Shown here piece by piece: positions 25,391 to 38,189 of a DNA stretch of 64,000 bases (its first letter is position 1; the number at the start of each line of letters is the position of its first letter). The DNA lies in the NCBI RefSeq assembly GCF_006345805.1, contig NC_043003.1, positions 41,912,001-41,976,000 on the forward strand, given 5' to 3'. The notes under the pieces are model-generated. The model did not search any database, had not been told where the DNA came from, and saw nothing but the letters and a program-made list of their open reading frames with translations. A program made the translations under genes and the position numbers. Origin of the DNA: Octopus sinensis. Lineage: Eukaryota.

Positions 25391-26106
25391 TAATTATAAT
25401 TATACTCATAATTATAAAAAATATTGTTTCGAATACTACTTGGAATTATTAATTAATAATTAATTAATTTTACCATTTATTGTTATTGATATATATATAT
25501 ATCAGAGATAGAGAGGGAGAAGTGAGAAAGAGAGAGATATAGATAGAGGGAGAAAGAGGGAGAGGCAGAAAGAGTTTTGAAAAAATACGCTTATATTTTG
25601 CCTTGGAAACTAGATTTCAGATTTTACACATGCTTTGTGTATGATAGCAAAAATTGAAAATCCATATATAAAGAAATTAGAAATTATTTGAATTGAAATA
25701 AGATAGTTTCATTCATCTCTCTATAATTTGAAACTTGTATAATAAATTAAGGAAGGTTAAGCCTGGCCTTGTTGTGTCTTGGGTGGCGCATTATGCTTAT
25801 AAGAATCATACGACCTTCACAAAATACAGCAAATCTGATTTTACACAAGAATTTTGTAAATCAAATACAAAAACTAGACTAAAACAGACTATCCGTTTTT
25901 ATTGGTCGGGAATAATTAAACTGACATTTCAACCACAGCCCGAACTCAATTATTTTTTCTTACCACTAAAATTCATAAAACTATTTCGAAACCATGTGGT
26001 GGTATATTTTAGACGGAAGTTCTGTTGTGAAGCGCATTTTTTTTTATATTACATCGAGAGTATTGTGGATTTATGTAATACAACCTGTTAATAGTAATTT
26101 TCAATA

Positions 26107-26212
26107 CATCATTGCAAACAAATTCTCTCGTCATATTGGATTTGAAACAGATAAATATGAGATCTAAACATCGTGGCTGATTTATGTAAATAGGAACGTG
26201 TTTGCAATACTG
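26107..26212. mobile_element. Possible small Tc1-type MITE
   Basis: TA-CATCATTGCAAAC ... GTTTGCAATACTG-TA short inverted termini. Confidence 0.4.
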
Positions 26213-26824
26213 TAGTCCATAGAGAAATTTTAAGTGTATTGCGGTCGGAATTAATATCTGATCAGAAACATATGAAACATTCGCTGTCTATCACCCTCTA
26301 TCTCTCTCTCTCTCTCACTCACTAACTTAATCACTCACACACACACACACACACGCGCGCACACTCTCTCTCTCTCTCTCTCTCTCCTCAGACACACATG
26401 AATATATATATATATATATATATATATACTGGCTCACAGAGGCACGGACACATGGATAGTCACATGCAGAAACACACACACACACACACATGCACAGGCG
26501 CTCACATACGCACAAGCACACATAGTCTCATATGCATTTGCAAATAAAGATAGACTCTGAAATACAATGTGACCAGATCGTGTAATCAGAGCATATTATC
26601 TAAGCGCAGATATAGATAACTACGTCAATACCATTATATGAACTTATATAAGAATACTATACAATATAAACAGTGCAAGTACACACACATACACAAATTC
26701 CTATTTATATATACACATATACTCAAACACACACACACACACACACACAACACATATATATAATATATAAATAGATAGATAGATGCAAACAAGGTTATAT
26801 ATGTGTATATAATATATATATATC

Positions 26825-26859
<35 letters not shown>

Positions 26860-26893
26860 TTCGGAATGGTCATATTGCCAGTTTAATTTAAAC

Positions 26894-26963
<70 letters not shown>

Positions 26964-26980
26964 ATATATATATATATATA

Positions 26981-27716
<736 letters not shown>

Positions 27717-27932
27717 ATGCACATATTTACAAACTTTAAAATACAACCATAAGGCATTGTCTTGGGTGAAAAGTTATGGTATTGAACACGAAAACATCAT
27801 TTTACATGCCTAACATCCTAAGCACACTGCCATAGCTAGGTTCATAAAGAAAATTAACCTCCATCGTGAGACATTGCAAGCGCATAACAGACGTTGAGAC
27901 TTGAATTAATATTGCAAATACATGTAAATACA

Positions 27933-27973
<41 letters not shown>

Positions 27974-28225
27974 ACATACACACACACCACACAATATATA
28001 TAATATATATATATATATACAATACCTAGTAATTACAGGTGGTGCACCAACATAACCTCAGCCCTGGGATGAAACTAGTAAAATATAAAGATATTTATAT
28101 GTTACCCAAATTACGTACCAGTGAATTGAGTGTTTAACACACCCCTTTGAAGGGTTACTTTTCCTCAGTTTGTTATTTTATAATACACATGTATGTGTGT
28201 TTGCGTGTGTATGTGTGCCTTTGTT

Positions 28226-28267
<42 letters not shown>

Positions 28268-28934
28268 ATATATATTATATATATAATATTATATATATAT
28301 AATATATAGTATATATATAATAGAAAGGAAATGCACACGGTTTACATGGTTTTAATATATTTTCTAATGCATTTTGTTAGTGAAAGAGTATTATGTTTGT
28401 CGACTGATTTCGCTTTCGCTGATCATGACATTGAAATTAGTGTAATTTCGTATTTTCTTATAAAGAGTTTAGTCTATGTTTATGGAAGAATGTTTGTGAA
28501 TGAATCAACAAGTTAACAAATCTATGGTGAGGTAATAGGTGACATTTATTATTCAGGACAGGAGAGGTAATTTCTCGGGAGGATAAATAAATATTCAGAG
28601 ACTCAAAAGCTAAAGTAGTGAGATGAAATACATATAGTGATGGGTATGTTATTATGAATTAAAATATATACTGAGACCAAAATTGGTTACGCGTTCATAT
28701 TTAGGCGTGTTCTGTATTTTCCTATAAATAAATTTTCTTTATTTAAATGTTCTTGTACACAACTTGTTGCTTTGAACTGGTAGATGGGGAAAACTGTTAA
28801 GCTTGGTTGGATATTGCCGGAACATATCTGTGTTCACTCAAATGAATCTGTCTGTACATTGGGAAACAGATCTTTAGTTTGGGAAACTGATTTATGTAGT
28901 GTCGTTCTCCATCTAACTGACACACTTGTCTGTC

Positions 28935-29110
28935 CTATATAGTTATTCCACAAACTGAGCAAGTTACAACATGGATTAATTTCTCGGAAGCAGAATTAAC
29001 GTTGGTTTTAATTGTGAACCTCTCTCCTTGCTTGAATAGGAATGTTGAGCCTTCCAGTACGTTATTTAACCATTGGTTTCGTGGTTGTTGTTTAGAGCTT
29101 CGCATTATAA
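28935..29110 (-). pseudogene. Fragment of a second Penelope GIY-YIG region
   Basis: FLFKQGERFTIKTNVNSASEKLIHVVTCSVCG aligns with FFFKQGQRFTIKTSFTCASENLIYVITCSGCS at 48.7 kb. Confidence 0.85.
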
Positions 29111-29466
29111 ATACACACACACACAGACACACACTCACACATATACACACACACACACATATATATATACATATTTATAAATATAAATATACACGTGCGT
29201 TGATATATGCTTGTACGAGTGTATATGTATGTATATACGGACTGTGATATGTGTAAAGACTTTACACATATCACAGTCCCTATAAACGCATGTACACCTG
29301 TGGAATTTTCTATGATGTAAATCAATGTTTTTCATTTTTCTTTTTATATGTATATGCCGATCTATAATGCTTTGCATGGTACAGTATTATTGTTGTTGTG
29401 GTTGTTGTTTTTGCTATTATGTTGCTAACTGCGTGATGCATATATTGTTTTGCTGGTATTAATGCT

Positions 29467-29506
<40 letters not shown>

Positions 29507-29509
<3 letters not shown>

Positions 29510-32500
29510 CGAAATAACAACACCAATTATAAACAGCATAAACCTAGCCGTCACTGAACTAGCCACTGAAACAAAAAAAAAGTGATATCACTGAACTGAA
29601 TGATTTGATATACGCAGCAGCCACTGCAGCCACAAAAGAAGCTGGATACTCACCCAAACCCGCCCAAACAGGAGTACCACCACCCAAACAAACCCTGTGG
29701 ATAAATAACATCCAGAACAAAATTTAAAAAAATTAGAAAAGACCTGTCGATTCTTAATGAAATCAGCAAACAATCAACACTACTGAGCAACAAAAAGAGA
29801 ACAAAAGTGCTCCGCAAATATAACATCACAGAAAAAGATTTGCCGGAGATAAAAGAAAAGCTGAAGCAAGATATCCTTGCCAAAGCTCAAAGGATCCGCC
29901 GGTACGAGAAACGCCAACGCTTCTTTGAACAGAACAAAAAGTTCAACTCCAACCCCAAAAAGTTCTACCAAGAACTGGGAAAAAATAAAATAGAAGAATT
30001 GGAAGAATTGGAAGAATTGGAAGAATTCTGGAGAGAAATATGGTCGGCGACCGAACAGCCCAAAAAAAGGAGTATCAAAATAACAGACTCGGCATCTGAA
30101 CAACTTTGGACCCCCATAACAACTGAAGCGGTCACCCAGGCACTGCAAAAACTAAGCAACTGGAAGGCACCTGGGCATGACAAGATCCCCAACTTCTGGT
30201 TGAAATATCTAACAGGAATGCACAAAAAGCTGGCTGAAAACTTTAACAGCATACTAGCAGAGCCAGAGACAATGCCTGAATGGCTCACGAAGGGGAAAAC
30301 CATCTTAATTCCCAAATCAAATGAAACAGCAAAACCAGAAAACTACAGACCAATAACCTGCCTCCCTACTATGTTCAAGGCATTTACTGCAGCGATATCG
30401 CAAAGGCTGAACAAAGACCTGGACGAAAACAAACTGTTCCCAGAAGAGCAGAAAGGATGCCGCAAAGGCTCATATGGCTGTAAATATCAACTAATGATTA
30501 ATAAAGCCGTAACTGAAGACAGCCACAGAAAGAAGAAAGGCGTCAGTATAGCCTGGATTGACTACAAAAAGGCGTTTGATAGCTTCCTCCACACATGGAT
30601 CCTCGAAACACTAGCCATTAACAAAGTAGCACCAACAATCATAAAATTCATAGAGCACTCTATGAATAAATGGCAAAAAGTCCTACACCTCCAAACAAAA
30701 GAGGAACTCATGAAAACCATAGACATCCCCATTAGAAGAGGAATATTCCAGGGAGACACGCTCTCTCCATTCCTTTTCTGCTTGGCACTGTCACCTCTAT
30801 CTGATATGCTAAACAGAACTGGATGCGGATATAAATGTTACGGCAAAACGATCAGCCACCTTTTATATATGGATGACCTAAAACTATACGCTGCAAATGA
30901 CAAACAACTGGAAACACTATTAAAGACAGTTCATGGATTTACCAAAGAAATAGATGTGAAATTTGGATTAGAAAAATGCGCCAAAGTAACCATGAAAAGA
31001 GGAAAACTAGTTAAGAGTAACAACATCACACTAGATAAAACCAATGAAATAAAAGAATTAGACCAAAGCCAAACTTACAAATACTTAGAAATCCATGAAC
31101 TAGATAAGACACAACACACACAAATGAAAGAGAAAATAAAAAAAGAATATTATAGACGAGTTAGATCAATACTAAAAACAGAGCTCAATGCTAAAAACAA
31201 GATAATAGGTATCAACACTTTAGCTGTCCCAGTTATAAGTTACAGCTACAATATCCTGAACTGGACACGAAATGAACTGTCCAAAATAGATAAGAAAACA
31301 AGAAAAATACTGACAGGATCTAGGATGCATCACCCAAAATCTGACATAGAAAGACTATATATACAACGTATAGAAGGTGGTAGAGGTCTTATACAGCTGG
31401 AAAACTACTATAAAATAACCACCATAGGACTGCAAAAATACCTACTTCAGAAGGAAGGAAAACTGATCCAGATAGCAGCAAAACACGAGCAAAACAAAAA
31501 ACTGTTCTCAGTATTTAAGGAAGCTGACAAATACAAACAAGAAATCATACCACCTAATAAATACGAAGAAGAAGAAGAAGATGATGAAGAAACAACAAAA
31601 GCTATAAAACAAATGAAATCCAAACTAAAAATAGAACAGCAACGAACCATGATAAAACGATGGCAAGAAAAGCCCCTTCATGGTAAATACTGCACTAAAC
31701 TAAACGCAAAAGAAATAGACAAAGAGAAATCCCAGCAATGGTTGAGAAGCTCAGGACTCAAAGCAGAAACAGAGGGATTTTTAATTGCAGCACAAGACCA
31801 AAGCCTCCCCACCAGAAATTACCAAAAATATGTAATGAAAAGAAATATTACAAGTAACTGCAGAATATGTGGAAATGGACAAGAAACAATAAATCATATT
31901 ATCTCTAGCTGCCCAGTCCTGGCTAAGAAGGAATATATTCACAGACATGACAGAGTTGGAGCCTACATACATTGGAAGCTATGCCAACATTATGGAATAA
32001 CAACAGAAAAAAGATGGTATAGGCACACACCAGAAAAGGTCACAGAAAACGAGAAAGCAATCATACTCTGGGATATGCCGATACACACAGATAGAGAAAT
32101 TAAGGCCAACAGACCAGATATAGTTGCCAGAGATCATGAAGAAACAAAATGCTTTCTAATTGATGTATCAATATCGGCAGATGACAACGTGTCTCTAAAA
32201 GAAATGGAGAAACTCTCAAAATACAAAGACCTAGAAATAGAGGTAACTAGAATGTGGAATCTGAAAACAGAAACAATTCCTATCATAGTAGGTGCATTAG
32301 GCATGATAAAAAAATATTCAGACAAATACATAACAAAAACACCAGGACTTACAAACACATATAACATGCAGAAAATTGCACTACTAGGCACTGCACACAT
32401 CCTACGCAGAACACTTTCCATACAATAACCATCAGAGCATCACAACAAATCACAGCACATACCCAAGGCACACAGAGCTGCGCTCGGTAGTGAAGTGAAA

Positions 32501-32527
32501 GCACGCTATAAAAATAAAACTACTGAA
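29507..32527 (+). mobile_element. R4/Dong-clade non-LTR retrotransposon (RLE type), 5'-truncated, flanked by (TAA)n
   Basis: (TAA)n at 29469-29506 and again from ~32530. Coding similarity starts right at the 5' junction (NEITTPII...ELNDLIYAAA), with a stop/frameshift at the A-run 29725-29732, then the long ORF. A short 3' UTR 32429-32527 runs into the AAT repeat. Confidence 0.92.
29807..32428 (+). CDS. Reverse transcriptase - CCHC zinc knuckle - restriction-like endonuclease polyprotein (873 aa, 5' incomplete)
   Basis: Uninterrupted ORF with NWKAPGHDKI, PENYRPITCL, EEQKG, AWIDYKKAFDS, RGIFQGDTLSP, LLYMDD (RT); CRICGNGQETINHIISSC and RHDRV (zinc knuckle); RPDIV...IDVS...KLSKY (PD-D-xK RLE). 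Confidence 0.93.
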   Translation: MLRKYNITEKDLPEIKEKLKQDILAKAQRIRRYEKRQRFFEQNKKFNSNPKKFYQELGKNKIEELEELEELEEFWREIWSATEQPKKRSIKITDSASEQLWTPITTEAVTQALQKLSNWKAPGHDKIPNFWLKYLTGMHKKLAENFNSILAEPETMPEWLTKGKTILIPKSNETAKPENYRPITCLPTMFKAFTAAISQRLNKDLDENKLFPEEQKGCRKGSYGCKYQLMINKAVTEDSHRKKKGVSIAWIDYKKAFDSFLHTWILETLAINKVAPTIIKFIEHSMNKWQKVLHLQTKEELMKTIDIPIRRGIFQGDTLSPFLFCLALSPLSDMLNRTGCGYKCYGKTISHLLYMDDLKLYAANDKQLETLLKTVHGFTKEIDVKFGLEKCAKVTMKRGKLVKSNNITLDKTNEIKELDQSQTYKYLEIHELDKTQHTQMKEKIKKEYYRRVRSILKTELNAKNKIIGINTLAVPVISYSYNILNWTRNELSKIDKKTRKILTGSRMHHPKSDIERLYIQRIEGGRGLIQLENYYKITTIGLQKYLLQKEGKLIQIAAKHEQNKKLFSVFKEADKYKQEIIPPNKYEEEEEDDEETTKAIKQMKSKLKIEQQRTMIKRWQEKPLHGKYCTKLNAKEIDKEKSQQWLRSSGLKAETEGFLIAAQDQSLPTRNYQKYVMKRNITSNCRICGNGQETINHIISSCPVLAKKEYIHRHDRVGAYIHWKLCQHYGITTEKRWYRHTPEKVTENEKAIILWDMPIHTDREIKANRPDIVARDHEETKCFLIDVSISADDNVSLKEMEKLSKYKDLEIEVTRMWNLKTETIPIIVGALGMIKKYSDKYITKTPGLTNTYNMQKIALLGTAHILRRTLSIQ

Positions 32528-32890
32528 TGATAATAATAATAATAATGATATTAGTAGCAATAGTGGCAATGGTAATAGTAATGATGGTAATATTAATGGC
32601 ATTTTGTAACTTAATATAATGAACTCTTGACTTTGTTTATCTGCATTTGAATATAGATATGTGTATGTTTCTATATTATAATATTCTAATATATTGTTTT
32701 GACCTTGAATATAGAACATATATATGTATTTTACTGTATATTATTATTATGTATATGTATACATATATGTATAGGAGTAGGGGTATATGCACTCATATAT
32801 AGGTGTATATTATGTATTATGGGTATGTACCCACTTTTATATGGGTGTACCTCCTCTGATTTACATGTTTAATTTAGTTTGTTCTTCATA

Positions 32891-33017
32891 ATCTCTGAAG
32901 AGGCATTGGGATATTTTTGTAAGTGTCTCATTTATAACTACATATTAACCTATCACACATGGCTAATATGAGCATAATAAGGCACCCATATGTGCATGGC
33001 TGAAACAGCTGTAAGAT
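32891..33017 (+). ncRNA. Hammerhead-like motif with palindromic stem III and long stem II insert
   Basis: ATCT-CTGAAGA-GGC...(~95 nt)...GCT-GAAA-CAGCTG-TA-AGAT. Palindrome ACAGCTGT at 33005-33012. Confidence 0.5.
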
Positions 33018-33112
33018 GTAGTTTATATTTATATTTGTATTTATTTATATTCACTTATACATACTGTACTTATTGTATCTTATTACTCATTGATGTACAT
33101 TGTTTTGTTCTA

Positions 33113-33193
33113 TATTATTATGTTTGACCTTAGTGTTCATATCATTATGTTTGACCTTAATGTTCATATTATTATGCTTGACCTTAATGTTCA
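33113..33193. repeat. 27-bp minisatellite x3
   Basis: TATTATTATGTTTGACCTTA(G/A)TGTTCA in three near-identical units. Confidence 0.9.
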
Positions 33194-33393
33194 TTTCTCC
33201 ATTTCCTTATTTTGTATTATTAATTTGTGGTAAAACATTTTACCTTTGCCCATATAATACAGTGAATGAATTAATTGCATCGCAATTCTTAACATTTAAG
33301 TATTAACTTTGTTGGCTGCTTTACTAGCAGTATATTGGATACATGTTATTCCATGGTGGGTTGCACTCACAACCCCTATCTCAATTTGTAATC

Positions 33394-33455
<62 letters not shown>

Positions 33456-33456
33456 G

Positions 33457-33488
<32 letters not shown>

Positions 33489-34299
33489 CATGAATGTATG
33501 TATGTATACATGCGTTCAAGCTTTGTATTTGAAATATCATCATCATGATGTAACCATCAGCATTATATACCATTATTTAATGTATGTTTGCTAGTAAAAG
33601 CGACAGTTTTTCACTTCGTCCAGGGGAGGTACTTTTTAAGAAGTGTCGTGTTTAAAACACACCATACTTCAAACGCCGGTGAAATGTTGCGATCGATATC
33701 TCATTATTGTCACATATTTCCGCCCTTTAGTCTCACATATTCATCCGCTTTCGAAACCACTTTCCTCAACCAATATCACAAATAATGGAAGTGTCAAAAG
33801 TAATTGATTATATTAATAAAGTAGTTAATTTTAATTACGTCAGTGACTGTAACAATGACTGATACTGACTACAAAAGTATGTGTCTTGTTATTTAAATAA
33901 TTGTGGAGATATATAGTGTCTTATGGTGTGCTGCGTCTTATATTGTGTAAGATGAAGTTACAATTTTCTCTGTGGTTTGCTGGTTAAATTTTGGTCCTCA
34001 GATCTATAAAACAAAAAGTCATGTAAATTTTATGCAGCTATTTTTGCTTCCAAATGATATTCTTTGCAGTTGAAGAGTTCTTAGGACATTGAGATGGAGC
34101 AGCTGGTGGGATGTTTAAAGCAAAGTTATATAAAACCTCTTTTATTCTTAGAGAAATACTCCGGTTGTCAGCAATATGAACGCGGTCTACTTCAGTTAGA
34201 TCAAATTTAACAAAAATAATGCAAAATATGTTTGCTTGTACGTTTCAGTGTATGTGTGTACGTGTATACGTATATATATATATATATATATCTATATAT

Positions 34300-34332
<33 letters not shown>

Positions 34333-34453
34333 GCATGTATGTATGTATATATATGTATATTATATATATATATATATATATGTATGTTTAAATATTAATC
34401 TATCTACCTATCTATCAATCTATCTATCACACTCTCTCTCTTTATACATACAT

Positions 34454-34506
<53 letters not shown>

Positions 34507-34517
34507 ATATATTTGTG

Positions 34518-34556
<39 letters not shown>

Positions 34557-35336
34557 ATATGTGTGTGTGTATACTCGAGGAAGAGTGCGTGAGGAAAATA
34601 TTTCATGGATGTGCTTGTTTGTGTGTGTGTGTGTGTGTGTGGTGTGTGTGTGTGTGTGTGTGCAAGCGTTTTTTTATGCGTGTATTGGAGAAATATTTTC
34701 AGATACTTTCGGAGTATAGAATTATGGCTGCATGTAGAATACATGAATCTTTAAACCTACTTATCATTATCGAACATACACAAACCGATATGGCATAACC
34801 GTCTGATTCAGAATATCCGATATAGAGTTCCAGATGTGGAAATATCGACGAAATTTGTCGGATATATCATATCTTATAGTATCATATAAATGAGTTATAA
34901 ACAAAACAAGCAGCGCACTTTGTGAATTATAGAAGAAACAAAATTGTCTCTTCCAGTGTAACATGTTACTTTGAATAGATTGCTACAATGCCATGTAATA
35001 ATTACTTTATTTCAAAAGTTGCATCTTTCTACAAGTGAAATAATGCGAAAGCATGCTGATTATTCTGTTTATAGGAACAAATATACTGAACGATTCCAAT
35101 TATCCTATTTCCTTTTTCAAGCCTAATGCGGCTTTCTCTACCTTTTGATATAGACTGACAATTTTAGAACAGAATTCTCCTACGGATAAAATGTGACTGG
35201 AAAATATAGGTATAGTTGTGTTCAATAATACCCAATTTCACTCACTACATATGGATCGAATTAAGACTATAGACAATAGCCTTCATCGAAAATGCCACGC
35301 AGTAGGATTGAATGTTGGAAAACGTATATAATGCAT

Positions 35337-35439
<103 letters not shown>

Positions 35440-37266
35440 TAGGTGTGTGTGTGTGTCAGTTGGTAACGGAGACAATTTTATATCAAAGTGAAAGATTTCT
35501 GAATACTTGCTTTGAAGTACACATTTGTTATACAATTACAAGCGGAATGGTGAGAGAGCCTTCAAAGCTTCGACCCCGTGACCTTCGTCAGTCTGTATAC
35601 GCTTGAGTTTATTTTGGCTGTGTGTAGTCTCTGGTATGTGTTGTTTTTTTGTTGTTTTTTTCCTATGGTAGGTAGAATAATGTGAAATGATAACTTAGGC
35701 TGTAGGGTAAGTTTTGATGGAATGATATTATTAGTGCCTTGCTTAAATTTAGTGTTGTGCTATTGTTCGGAGTCCAATCATGCTTGTGAAACTTTGTAAT
35801 CAAACGTATCTATTTAGGTGTGTCAACTCCAGATTGTAGCATTCACAGATGTGTGTTAGTTGGTAAAATGTTTAGTTGGAGACATGAAATCTAACAGAGG
35901 TATTATTGTTGCTGATGTAATTTTAACACGTTTAGAATATTTAAACTTTCTCGGGAAGTTGGAGTTTATTGTTCGGAATCCAGTGAGTGAAGTATGCAAA
36001 ACTTTGCAATCAGGTATTTATATTTAGATGTTTTAACTTCAACGACGTTCTAGAGCAGACACGGGCGTCAACGGAAAAATAAACCGGTTGGTCTTTCCAA
36101 AGGCCTAGGCATGAATTTCAAAATATTTTGAACCTGATAGAGCTAATGATATCATTTCCAGTTCGAGTGAAAGCAGACAGCTAGGGCTGACAGACAGAGC
36201 GACGAATCTATTCTGCCACATTCGTGCAGAGCCCGAACATTACTGATTTATGATGTGATGTTGAACATACGCTCTCACGTGTACGATGGACCTAGTTGTC
36301 AGCTGTGCCCAGTGTGAAGATCACCTCCGACTTCCCTTTGTCTAGGAAGGGCACACATTACATGCCTCGTGGCTTTTCCACGAAAACGATTTTGTGTTTA
36401 ACTGGGTTTCGCCAATTTGGATGAGATATTTCTTGTTTGAATTCTCTCTTTCTTACTTTCTGTTATTGTATTGTTTATAACTTTTATCCCTTTATTATAA
36501 TCATCACATTTTATCGTTCTGTACCGACGCCAATGTATTTTGTGGGTCTTTAGATATCAAAAAAAGGAAACTAATTATTTTTGTTGTAGTTCTTCATTTT
36601 GTTGCTATTATAAAATTAATAGAGTCATGTTTTAGTTGGCAAAGATGTTGCATTGAGGTTTGCTGACAACAATCTCCTCAAATCTCAAGAATCTTTATTT
36701 GGATGCTTGTAGAATAATAGATGTCACTTTTCTGCAGGTCGACACTGCGTGTATTAATTCAAGTACCCTTTAGAATCTTGAGTAGTAGATCGGCTGTTGT
36801 GCTAATTGCTCCAACTAACAGAACTATTGTCACCCTTAATTTACACATTCTCACCACCGTGGTTTGGTTCTATTGGAAAATCTACAGACTTATAGTAGTT
36901 GGTTTTTCCGTCCTCTGCAATCATATGCGACCTCCTTTCTTCACTAGTACTGTCAGACTTTATGGAGATATACCCATAAATCACGATCACGATCACGATC
37001 ACTGGGTTGATTCATACCACTTTTTTTTCCATTGAATCTCAATGGACACAATCAATGAATGCGTTTAAATACATTTTATGCAAGCTTACTACAGTCTCTT
37101 GAGAGTAGTGTAATACTTTCATCTCATTTTGCATAGATTTTGCGATTGCTTTCTGAATAATTTTCATCTGTCTTTGGTTTCATCAAATTTGTTCAAATGA
37201 CTTGTGCCTGAAGGTATATAACAAGCGATCTGGTTTCTTTGCTTCAGGTTTCCATTCGCCAACCAC

Positions 37267-37304
<38 letters not shown>

Positions 37305-37350
37305 AACGATCATCATAATGATAACGATCATCATAATAATAATAATAATG

Positions 37351-37420
<70 letters not shown>

Positions 37421-37441
37421 GTAATAATAATAATATTGATA

Positions 37442-37501
<60 letters not shown>

Positions 37502-38026
37502 GAGTGAGAGAGCAGTGCATGCCATCAAAGTAACACTGGGGTAAAATATACGAATCCCAGTATACCCATCATGACCACCCGTCTGATAAGGGCACACGAG
37601 GCACATGTATCACAACCATGTGTGCGCGACATGGTGATCTCATATCAAGATAAACAGAACATGATCTTGCAGGTGGGGCCCAGTTAGAATTTTCCTCTGG
37701 TCGAGTAACCCATGCCGCTCAAAAGGTCCCTGAATATGGGTTGTTTAAGGATGTTGAACAAAACACTCATGTTTCCAGAGGTGACTTATGCAAACCCCAA
37801 AGAATCCCTCTCAACACATGGCTACGATGCTCCCCCATTACTTCTGCTCGTGATCAGAAATGCACATAACGTCAGCCACTAAGGGACATGCTTAACTGTG
37901 GTATTGAGCAGAATATTTGATGTAGCCCATCTTTTATACCAAGACAAAACAATGTACATGAAAACACTTCCAATCAGTTAAGATAAGAGGCCACGTGAGC
38001 CACTGTCTGGTATTGCATCAGGGCAT
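37502..38026 (-). mobile_element. 525-bp non-coding element inserted in a TAA/TTA microsatellite (putative non-autonomous retroelement)
   Basis: Complex, relatively GC-balanced block with sharp boundaries between (TAT)n (ends 37501) and TTATTAT(CAT)n (from 38027). No ORF, no TIRs and no clear A/B boxes. Strand is inferred from the TAA orientation of the R4 copies. Confidence 0.6.
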
Positions 38027-38031
38027 TTATT

Positions 38032-38069
<38 letters not shown>

Positions 38070-38070
38070 T

Positions 38071-38147
<77 letters not shown>

Positions 38148-38189
38148 TATTATTATTGTTGTTGTTGCTGTTATCATTAGTATTATTAT

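Noticed and set aside
34040-34205. ~55-codon open frame on minus (DLTEVDRVHIADNRSISLRIKEVLYNFALNIPPAAPSQ...) as a possible host exon
   Set aside because: No recognisable family motif, the splice signals are weak, and a frame of this length is expected by chance. A BLASTX or RNA-seq check would settle it.
36721-37035. 104-aa ORF with an acceptor-like TTTTCTGCAG
   Set aside because: No recognisable homology and no convincing donor site.
37975-38020. Short matches to U2 snRNA (ATCAGTTAAGAT, CTGGTATTGCA)
   Set aside because: Only 11-12-nt matches without the U2 5' stem or Sm site; consistent with chance.
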